Origin: Candidatus Latescibacterota bacterium
GTDB taxonomy: Bacteria; Latescibacterota; UBA2968; GCA-2709665
NCBI GenBank assembly: GCA_965219995.1
Contig: CBDCOX010000002.1
Location: forward strand, 3,872,001-3,936,000
DNA: 64,000 nucleotides
Direction: 5' to 3'
Shown here in pieces: positions 8,999-17,151 of this stretch. Every line of letters begins with the position of its first letter. The first letter of the stretch is position 1. The notes under the pieces were generated by a model. The model saw only the letters and a list, made by a program, of their open reading frames with translations. It ran no database searches and was not told the origin of the DNA. A program made the translations under genes and the position numbers.

Positions 8999-11900
8999 CT
9001 AATCAAACCTCACGAACGCCATCGGCCGAATCACGCAGGAGTCCCCGGGCCCCAGGTCGTAGATCACCGGCATGTCATCCGGCGCATTGGGCCACGGAAT
9101 CGCATCCCGCAGCACGAACCGGTGTCCGCCCTCGTCTCGCGGAATGACCCGCTCGATGGTGTGGAGCCGTTCCCTGTACGCCAGACGAGCGCCCTTCAGA
9201 TAATGGCATCCGGAATCTTCCGTATCCTCCCATTCCCGGTGGATCCACGTCCGGGTCAGCAGTCCGTCGTCCGTCTCAGCTTCGACGACGAACCGCCCGA
9301 TGTGCAGCCGCTCCGCGTCCAGCGAACACAGCCACCCGCCGCCCGATGCCTCGACCGACCGGATGGGGAAGTTGCACGCGTGGGGCGGGTTCGACACCAT
9401 CAGGGTCTCCCCCGCGGGGGGCGCCCCGCCGGTGTCCGACGTAACGCTCACCCGGCAGTTTTCCGCGTCCATATCCGTAATCCGTCCCCGCCATGTACCG
9501 GCGCCTTCTGCTTCGATGTCTCCGAGTCCCAGTCTGTTTCCCGACAAGCACGCCCACTTCGGCCGACCTGCGGCATCCAGGTTCAATACGCCGAAGCCGC
9601 CGTCCAGTTCGAGGTTGTCCTCGAAGACGGACACGCCGTCGTCCGCCAGCGCGCTGAGAACATAACATTTGCCATCCTGCCACGAAATCTCCAGGCCGAT
9701 CGCGTCTTCGCCGTCGATCAGATCCAGCCGCCTGACCCCCGTCAACCTGGGGTTCTTCCCATAGGTTTCGCAGACAACGGCGAACAGGCTGTTCAGGTCG
9801 CCCTGCCGGCGGCCCGAACGATTTCGCAGGAGGACGTAGTCCAGGTGCTCGGGCGCTCCCGGTCTTTTCGGCGTTTTGCCATGGGCTGTGATGACCTCCT
9901 GCGCGACGCCCTCCGGGACGATCATCCGCAGACCCATCTCCGCATCCCGCCATACGGCCTGGAATTCACCCGCGGGCTGCCCGCGCTTCACGTCGTACAG
10001 GTAGGAAAAGCCGCTGCCCCGGTACGAGTGGTAGCTGCGCTTGCCGTTCGTCCCCGGCGGGCCCGGCAGGTTGGCATGACGCTCCAGTTCGGGATCGTCG
10101 TACAGCTGCCGGAAGGGAACCTTCGGTCCGGCCAGCGTACCGCCCTCCTGGCGCTGGAACGAAACACCTTGGGTCGAAAAATCCCCGTCGAATCCGTGGA
10201 AGGAATAATCGTGCGCCCAGCCGCCCTTTAGGCGGAACAGGTCGACCAGGACCTGCAAATCCGGGGCCAACTCCAGCAGCGTCACGCCGCGCCGATACAC
10301 GTCGACGTCCAGGTAAGCCCGCGGCGCCGAGAGTTCCACGTGCTGCACGTGCGGGGCGGTCCCGAACCGTTCCAGACGCCCCTCGTCGGCCGTGTCCTGC
10401 CGGCTTTCGTTCACGACGACGGTGACGTGACTGACGGTATTCTTCTCCCAGGCCGGCGGGTCCGGGTGTTCGGCGGCGTGGCTGGGATAACCCGTATCGG
10501 GCACCACGCGTTTGCCGCCGGCGATGACCTCCAGATTCAAGCGGTCCCGGTGCGCGTGGCCGGCGTTGGCATGTCCGTACTGGAGCACCGCCGCCGTCTG
10601 GTGCTCCGCCCGGCCGCTTCGCAGGATCACGAATCCCACGCCGCCGAGGTTATCGCTCGTCTCCGGCCATTCCGGCAGATTGCCCGCGGCGTGTTCCAGT
10701 TCGGCTCTCGTCAGCGGCGCTTCGAACAGGTCGTCGTAGCTCCGGATCCCGCTTTCTTCCATTGCGCCTTCGTTCAGCAGCGCGCGCGCGTACTCGGGCC
10801 ACCCGTAACCCCGGAAGAACCGCCGAAGCGAGGACGTATCCAGCATGGGATAGGTTGCCTCCGCCCCTGTATCCGCAATGGCGGGCATCTTTCCGCCCCA
10901 GCACGCCAGCCGGCGCGACCAGTTGCCCAGAGAACGCACGTGTTCCCCCGGAAGCCGGCGTTTGTCAAGGCGCTTCAGGACCAGGTCCGTATCCAGCATA
11001 TACCGCGTCCAGCATCCAGCCGAATATCCGATGGCCACCTCGAACGAGACCCCGTCGCGGAACAGGAAGTTATCCAGCGCGTGATTCCAGCCCTCGACGC
11101 CGTACGCCCACACTTCCGTGTTTGGTCCGCATCCCGTGTACGTCTCCAATTTCCCGATCGCCCAATCCGTGAACAGGTCGTCGTCGATCACGACGAGCGC
11201 CTTCACCGCCGAGGCCTGGTGCAGCCCGTAGTTCCCCCGGATCTTTCCTTCCCAGATGTCCCGCACCGACTGCCGTACCAGGTTGTCTTCCACGTGCCGG
11301 ACCAGCGCTTCCGGTTTTTTGCCCAGAAACTCGTGTACGCTGCTCTCAACCTGCAACGCCGGAAACAGGTTGTCGTACGCCTCGGCATAGAGCCCGATAT
11401 TGAACGATTCCTGTACGGCGTACAGAAAACGGCCCGTATAGCCCACCTGATAGTTCAAGCCGTACCAGGACTGGTCGGCGTGGTCCATGGTCGGAAACAG
11501 CGCGGCCATCCTATCCAGCAGGATCGCACCCTTGCGGCCGTAACGCGCGTCTCCGGTCATCAGATACGCCCGCCCCAGGTCCTGAAGCGCCGGAATCAAC
11601 TGGTGCCAGAGCCGGTAACAATAGTGCGCGACGAACCAGAACCGGGACCGTCCGTCGCCGGGGTCCCAGCCAGAACCGTCGTCGGCGTAATCGCCGGTAA
11701 GCAGGGCGCGGTCCCCTGTCCGATAGAACGCCATAAAGTCGTTCGAAGGGTACTCCTCTCCGCCCACGGCGCACTTGATCTTCCACGGGCGGTTGAAGAT
11801 ATCCACCTGCCAGGGTCCGCCCGGCGCCTGGAAGACCGCCTCGCCATGGACGGGACATCCGTCGAACGAAGGCAGAAACCCCCGGAAGATGTCCGCCGGA

Positions 11901-12058
11901 GGCGGCAGGTCGCGTACGTACGCGTCGTCCAGTTTCGCCCAGACCTCCGCACGGGCGACGATCTCATCGGCTATCTTCTTCGCCGCGGGAAACCGGACCA
12001 CGTGGTCCTTCATCCTGCGGACCTCGTCCGCCGTATGCCATGTGCGACCGGTCTTCAT
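8999..12058 (-). CDS. Heparinase II/III-family protein
   Basis: GNYGLHQ, GHAHRDRLNL, DTGYP and NTVSHVTVVVN motifs. Start placed at ATG 12058 after GAAAGGA. Confidence 0.8.
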   Translation of the reverse strand: MKTGRTWHTADEVRRMKDHVVRFPAAKKIADEIVARAEVWAKLDDAYVRDLPPPADIFRGFLPSFDGCPVHGEAVFQAPGGPWQVDIFNRPWKIKCAVGGEEYPSNDFMAFYRTGDRALLTGDYADDGSGWDPGDGRSRFWFVAHYCYRLWHQLIPALQDLGRAYLMTGDARYGRKGAILLDRMAALFPTMDHADQSWYGLNYQVGYTGRFLYAVQESFNIGLYAEAYDNLFPALQVESSVHEFLGKKPEALVRHVEDNLVRQSVRDIWEGKIRGNYGLHQASAVKALVVIDDDLFTDWAIGKLETYTGCGPNTEVWAYGVEGWNHALDNFLFRDGVSFEVAIGYSAGCWTRYMLDTDLVLKRLDKRRLPGEHVRSLGNWSRRLACWGGKMPAIADTGAEATYPMLDTSSLRRFFRGYGWPEYARALLNEGAMEESGIRSYDDLFEAPLTRAELEHAAGNLPEWPETSDNLGGVGFVILRSGRAEHQTAAVLQYGHANAGHAHRDRLNLEVIAGGKRVVPDTGYPSHAAEHPDPPAWEKNTVSHVTVVVNESRQDTADEGRLERFGTAPHVQHVELSAPRAYLDVDVYRRGVTLLELAPDLQVLVDLFRLKGGWAHDYSFHGFDGDFSTQGVSFQRQEGGTLAGPKVPFRQLYDDPELERHANLPGPPGTNGKRSYHSYRGSGFSYLYDVKRGQPAGEFQAVWRDAEMGLRMIVPEGVAQEVITAHGKTPKRPGAPEHLDYVLLRNRSGRRQGDLNSLFAVVCETYGKNPRLTGVRRLDLIDGEDAIGLEISWQDGKCYVLSALADDGVSVFEDNLELDGGFGVLNLDAAGRPKWACLSGNRLGLGDIEAEGAGTWRGRITDMDAENCRVSVTSDTGGAPPAGETLMVSNPPHACNFPIRSVEASGGGWLCSLDAERLHIGRFVVEAETDDGLLTRTWIHREWEDTEDSGCHYLKGARLAYRERLHTIERVIPRDEGGHRFVLRDAIPWPNAPDDMPVIYDLGPGDSCVIRPMAFVRFD

Positions 12059-12269
12059 TTCAAACGTCCTTTCGTCCGCGCCATAGTCAACGTCGATTTC
12101 CGAAGCAGCAAAGTACACAGGAAGGGAACAAATGGAAAAGGAAAATGACCGGGCCGAATGCACCATGGGCGGACTGACGGGGTCCAAGAAACGCACGAGC
12201 GATACTGCGCCTTTCCCGTTGACACGCCTTGGAGGATTGTCCTGTGTTCGGCAGCGGAGACCGTAGGTT

Positions 12270-12447
12270 CAATCTGGGATTCGTGCTGGCGACCGCGGAC
12301 CGATGGCTGATCACGGGCGCGATGGCCGGCGTCGGGCTCGTCACCGAGTTCAGCGCGCTTAGGACCGCTGGGGTCCAACCCTTTACCCTGGCCATCGTTT
12401 CCACCACCGTCATCGCCGCGCTGGGCCTGGCATATGCCAATCAGTAG
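12270..12447 (+). pseudogene. C-terminal fragment of a YeiH/UPF0324-type membrane protein
   Basis: WLITGAMAGVGLVTEFSALRTAGVQPFTLA resembles the AMAxxGL..LxxxGxKP C-terminus of that family. The rest of the gene is absent. It lies at the island edge. Confidence 0.55.
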
Positions 12448-12551
12448 CGGGTGGCAACGATCGAATCGCTTATTAGAACGGCATTTGTAATACAGTGTTA
12501 TGCGGTGTAATACGAATCGCTCGGAATCGATGGAAAAACACAGGGAATAAA

Positions 12552-12580
12552 GGCAGCTGATCCAGATAGGATCGGCTGCC
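12552..12580. terminator. 12-bp hairpin downstream of the island's last gene
   Basis: GGCAGCTGATCC-AGATA-GGATCGGCTGCC (one G-U pair). Confidence 0.35.
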
Positions 12581-12896
12581 CTACGATTATATATACACAA
12601 CATCCAAGGCGGCGATTTGTAGGCATGGGCGCGGTGCATCCGTTCAAATCGACAACGGGGTCTACACCGAACTTCGTTCCGGTAGGATACCGCTCCGCGA
12701 ATTGCTATCTGCGCAATTAGGACGGTTAAGTGGAAGGATTCTCAGTCGTTTCAGGGAAGGAAACCTGCTCTCAAGAGCACGTACGACGCACCGTCGATGT
12801 CGAAACGCATACGTGAGCTGCGATCAACCAATCTGTTTGGGATAATTGTTCGCGTGATGCCGATTGCGTGAGAGTCGGGAGGCCAGTACGTATTTC

Positions 12897-13922
12897 TCAT
12901 GACTTGATAGAATGGACGTTGGGCCCTTCGCCAATGACAGCTAGGATTCGATTCATCAACGCTTTGTGAAGACCTTCGTTAGTGTCCCAAACGACATGGT
13001 GATACTGTCGCGTATCAAAGTGGAGTTTGCACACCTTGTCCTTTCGACAAGTGCGAATTACAGGTATCGCTAAACCATGTGCGAATCCCGCTTCGTAGTA
13101 CACTCCACCTCTAGCTCCGCCGTCTCCGTGCGTGAAGTCGGCAACGAGGAATCTAGAACGTCTAATTTCAGCAATTATCTCATCATCGATTTTATCGACA
13201 TCTGGTTTCTGGTCAATCCTCATCGGCTTAAATCCAGTTTCCAGTACGGCTGGCCTGATCCCCGTCTCATATGCTTCCTGTACTTCATCAGCAAACCACA
13301 TAGCAATGAACGCCTGGTCTGTTCTTGGTTTCGCAGATTGTGTCGCAGCATGTTCATATCCATCGACGAGCACAGTACATGTCTTAGACCGTCCAGAAAT
13401 CTGAGCTTCGATCCAATCTTGACGGACCAAATATTCAGTCAAGAACTGAACCTCTTGTTCTGAAGTTGATTCACTCCAAGCCATAGCATTTTGTTCGGTC
13501 GGAGAATCGGGGAATTCTATCCACTGTCCGTATGAATCTCGCGTGCCTTCGTTGCCTATCTTAACCGGATATCCGATGTTGTTTGATCTGCTGATAATAT
13601 GCGTCAGTAGCCTGTCTGCCCTTTCGTGAACCGCCAAAGCGCGAGTGACCATGGCTTCTTTCACGAGCCCGGGGGTAACCAATGGGTTTTCTTCACCTTG
13701 CCCCCTCCTCTCAACGAGCATCGATGTGAGTCGGGCTCTTAGTCCATCGCATTCATCTTCACTGAGCCGTTCAAGTGAAAGTTTTAGCTGACCGACTGCC
13801 GCGTTTGTTATAGCGTAACCTCCACCTGTACGGGGACAATCGCGAATTGTCACCACAAAGTTGTCATCATGGGAGAACCCCGATCCAGGATGATCTGGCC
13901 AGATTGAATAGTCTTTCTCCAT
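12897..13922 (-). CDS. Nucleoside 2-deoxyribosyltransferase/TIR-like domain effector with N-terminal extension
   Basis: QAFIAMWF...IDDEIIAEIRRSRFLVADFT...GVYYEAGFAHG..PVI...HFDTRQY. An alternative TTG start at 13982 overlaps the upstream stop. Confidence 0.75.
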   Translation of the reverse strand: MEKDYSIWPDHPGSGFSHDDNFVVTIRDCPRTGGGYAITNAAVGQLKLSLERLSEDECDGLRARLTSMLVERRGQGEENPLVTPGLVKEAMVTRALAVHERADRLLTHIISRSNNIGYPVKIGNEGTRDSYGQWIEFPDSPTEQNAMAWSESTSEQEVQFLTEYLVRQDWIEAQISGRSKTCTVLVDGYEHAATQSAKPRTDQAFIAMWFADEVQEAYETGIRPAVLETGFKPMRIDQKPDVDKIDDEIIAEIRRSRFLVADFTHGDGGARGGVYYEAGFAHGLAIPVIRTCRKDKVCKLHFDTRQYHHVVWDTNEGLHKALMNRILAVIGEGPNVHSIKS

Positions 13923-13978
13923 TGATATCACTACGGAATCCCTTTCAGTACGAGTAAGCCCCCAAGCTGCAATTTGGA

Positions 13979-16900
13979 TCAACCGTCCAGTATTTCCTTC
14001 AACGTCTCTTCTGTTTGCGGTTTGTCCTGCGGTGTTGTGAACTCGGGAGGTGTAAAGAGTGGGTTGCCTGGGGACCAGAGCTCCACGCTCTCCGCGTTTT
14101 CCTCGAAATATTTCGGATTGGTAGTCACTCGAAGGCGGTCGCTCATTCCCGGAGCCAGGAGGCCGTATTCTCGTTTGCTCAAAGACTGGACATCTGTACC
14201 CTGTGGCATCACGTCAGGCGACGCGATAACTCTGTCCAGATCAGCCATGGAAACAGGCGATGGACCCCGCCTAGGCATCGTGAGTTCTTCATCCGTCACG
14301 TCGTCGATATTGAAACCCCGTCCCTCGGTCTCTTCAGCCTGTTGTTCGATCTCGTCCACAACGCTGGCGCGTCGCAATGCGTCCCTTTCATCTCCCGAAA
14401 GCACGGTCCGTGATATTGTGCGTGGCAATTGTGCGAGAATAGGTTGCAGGCGGCCTACGACGGACTCGAAGAGTCCAATTCGGTTTCGGAGTGCCCGATA
14501 AACGTCCGTTTCGACGGTGCCATCATAATGGAGGTTTATGATTCTAATAGTCCCGTGTTCTTGTCCGAGCCGGTCGATGCGACCGATGCGCTGTTCGACC
14601 CGCATGGGATTCCATGGCATATCGTAATTGATCACGGCGCCGCAGAACTGGAAATTCAAACCTTCCGCCGCAGCGTCGGTGCAAAGGAGAATCTCGGCCT
14701 CTCCTTCCCGGAACCTTTGTTTGGCATGGTCGCGTGTAAGCCCTTTCCAGGAGCCGTCGTTTGACGGCATTTCCGCACCGCGTCCGGAATAGCACATCAA
14801 CGCCAAATCGCCTGCCTTGAGGAGTGCTTCACGAAGGAAGTCCATGGTATCTGTGTACTGGGTGAAGACCATTACCTTGGAATACCCGTCCTTGCGAAGG
14901 TCAGAAAGAGCTGTCTTGAGGTGCTGAAGCTTACTATCAGGCGGCAAATTGGAGATACTGTTGAGAAGGAATTCGATGTCAGCCGTTTCGGCGGCAGCGA
15001 GTGCCTGTCGCTCCAGTTCTTCTACTTGGTCGGCTTCTGGAACCTCGTCAGCTGCCTCGTCATCGGGAATGTCTTCTTCCAACGCTTCGCCACCGACTAA
15101 ATTGTCATTGGCAACAGCGTCGAGATGGCGTTCAAGTGTCGTACGCAGGGCGTGAAAACTACTGGCAAGTCGGCGACGGTAGATCGTCATGACGAATCCT
15201 ACTGCCGTTCGCTCCTTGGGGCTGGCCTGATTGTAAGTGCTGGCGATATAATCCTCGACCGCATCGTAGAGTGCATCCTCGTCGGTATTCATATTCAGAA
15301 AGCGATCTTCGACCCGGCGCACGGCAACAGGTGTTGACGACGGCTTACTCTTGAAATACCGCCGGAGCAGTTCCCTTGTATGCCGGGACACCAATCGCCG
15401 CAACGGTGTGTTCGCTCGCACAAGTTTGATTGCCGCCTTGCGCTCCCCTGTTTCCAGCCTGCGTCGCGGGATGCTGGCTTCATTGCGGAGTGCACGCAGC
15501 ACCTTGTTGACCCTTAGATTAGACATGCCCATTAGCCGTCGTACATCATCAACATCCGTTGTACCGTAAACACGTTCAACTGACCGGTAGAGCCGTGCCA
15601 TGCGTTCCATTGCCTCGGCTGACGGGTTTGGCTCTTCGGAGTCATCGAAAAAGCCCAGAAACGCGCTGTCAGTCCACTCCTGAGGAAGTCCGAGCAAATT
15701 CAGCAAGTCCCAGACCTCGATTGGATGCACCTGCATGGGGGTCGCGGTCAGCAGAATCAGCCCCTGAGTGCGATCCTTCAAACCCAGCATCAGACGCAGG
15801 AGTGCGTTCGGTCCGCCCTGCTGTGGCGTTCCTGCCGCTCGCCGACGGGCGTGATGTGCTTCGTCAAGCACAACCAGATCCCACGGCTCCGCCTCGAGCA
15901 GCGTTTCCGCACGGTCGCCACGTCGCATCAGTTGACTTGAGGCAATCACGACCGGTTCTCGATGCCATTGATCGGGCTCCACATCGCGCTCGTTGCTTCC
16001 ACGCAGGGCAGGTGATGGATACCTGACCATCCTGCTTCCGTCGTAGATAGGCCAATTCAGGTTGAATTTTTCACGTAGTTCTATCTGCCACTGGTTGAGG
16101 ATGGCCTTCGGCGCCAGGATCAGGATCCGTTTCGCCCGACCGGCGATATACGCCTGTCTGAGTAACATACCGGCTTGTATGGTCTTACCTAGGCCGACCT
16201 CGTCAGCGATCAGGAGTTTTGGAGGCCAATTGTGATACATGCGTTCATACGCCCTTACCTGGTGCGGCCATGGTACAACTGCCGATGTCGCTTCGCCAAC
16301 CCGATCGCCTCCATTTTGGAACGTAGGTGCTTGATGGATGAAAGACCACACGCGGCTTCTGAGATCACCAGGGTCGGGTACCGCCGGCGTTGGAGATTCT
16401 TTCGCCTCAGGTTTCGGCCGAGGTTTGGCACGCTTCTTGCCGAGCTTCTTAAGCCGCGCCGGTTGGTCGTCTTTGGGCATAAAGCGCATCAAGTCCTCAC
16501 GTACCGCGCCGGGCACGTCAAGTACGATTGTGCGGCGGGCCTGGCCGGACCAAATCCCTGCAAAGTTAGTTGCTTCTCGATCAACCCGCTGGTGATCCGG
16601 CCCCCAACTCGTGAAGACATTGATGCTTTCCCAATTGTGTTGCCAGCCTGCGGCCGTCTCGTTCAAACTGCCGTTCCAGGCGATCTTGTTTCCGTCGCGA
16701 TCCTCGATGATTCCGGACTTCTCATGGAAGATACCGTCCATCGGGATCGGCTTGCCATTGGTGTCGCAAGGTACGGCAACCTTTACATTCAGATGTTTGC
16801 GAGCGACCATCCATGCGAGCAACTCGAGTGCATCGGAGGACGCGTTGTCGGGTGGAGCTAATGGGACATCTGCTAATCGTCGCTCGATCAGGTCCCTGAG

Positions 16901-17149
16901 CCGCTCGCCTTTTTCGATCGCAACTATCTCCGGCGGATCCAGGGTGCAGCCGACTACGAGGCGCATGCGTCCGTCATTCCGGACGAGCCCTTCAATGCCC
17001 CGCGCGGCCAGTGACAGCGCACCGGCGCTGAAGTATCCGGTCAGCCGGTCGTAACGCTCGGCATCCTCAAGCGCAGGCAAATAAAACAGCCTGACGAGGT
17101 CTCCGTCATCAGGCGTATATTTGAGTCTCCATTTGTGATCGCTGAGCAC
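13979..17149 (-). CDS. PLD-nuclease + SNF2-family helicase
   Basis: FHEKSGII...GSLNET (PLD-like), ADEVGLGKT, DEAHH, TATP, EGLNFQ and EQRIGRIDR motifs. Confidence 0.93.
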   Translation of the reverse strand: MLSDHKWRLKYTPDDGDLVRLFYLPALEDAERYDRLTGYFSAGALSLAARGIEGLVRNDGRMRLVVGCTLDPPEIVAIEKGERLRDLIERRLADVPLAPPDNASSDALELLAWMVARKHLNVKVAVPCDTNGKPIPMDGIFHEKSGIIEDRDGNKIAWNGSLNETAAGWQHNWESINVFTSWGPDHQRVDREATNFAGIWSGQARRTIVLDVPGAVREDLMRFMPKDDQPARLKKLGKKRAKPRPKPEAKESPTPAVPDPGDLRSRVWSFIHQAPTFQNGGDRVGEATSAVVPWPHQVRAYERMYHNWPPKLLIADEVGLGKTIQAGMLLRQAYIAGRAKRILILAPKAILNQWQIELREKFNLNWPIYDGSRMVRYPSPALRGSNERDVEPDQWHREPVVIASSQLMRRGDRAETLLEAEPWDLVVLDEAHHARRRAAGTPQQGGPNALLRLMLGLKDRTQGLILLTATPMQVHPIEVWDLLNLLGLPQEWTDSAFLGFFDDSEEPNPSAEAMERMARLYRSVERVYGTTDVDDVRRLMGMSNLRVNKVLRALRNEASIPRRRLETGERKAAIKLVRANTPLRRLVSRHTRELLRRYFKSKPSSTPVAVRRVEDRFLNMNTDEDALYDAVEDYIASTYNQASPKERTAVGFVMTIYRRRLASSFHALRTTLERHLDAVANDNLVGGEALEEDIPDDEAADEVPEADQVEELERQALAAAETADIEFLLNSISNLPPDSKLQHLKTALSDLRKDGYSKVMVFTQYTDTMDFLREALLKAGDLALMCYSGRGAEMPSNDGSWKGLTRDHAKQRFREGEAEILLCTDAAAEGLNFQFCGAVINYDMPWNPMRVEQRIGRIDRLGQEHGTIRIINLHYDGTVETDVYRALRNRIGLFESVVGRLQPILAQLPRTISRTVLSGDERDALRRASVVDEIEQQAEETEGRGFNIDDVTDEELTMPRRGPSPVSMADLDRVIASPDVMPQGTDVQSLSKREYGLLAPGMSDRLRVTTNPKYFEENAESVELWSPGNPLFTPPEFTTPQDKPQTEETLKEILDG

Positions 17150-17151
17150 GG

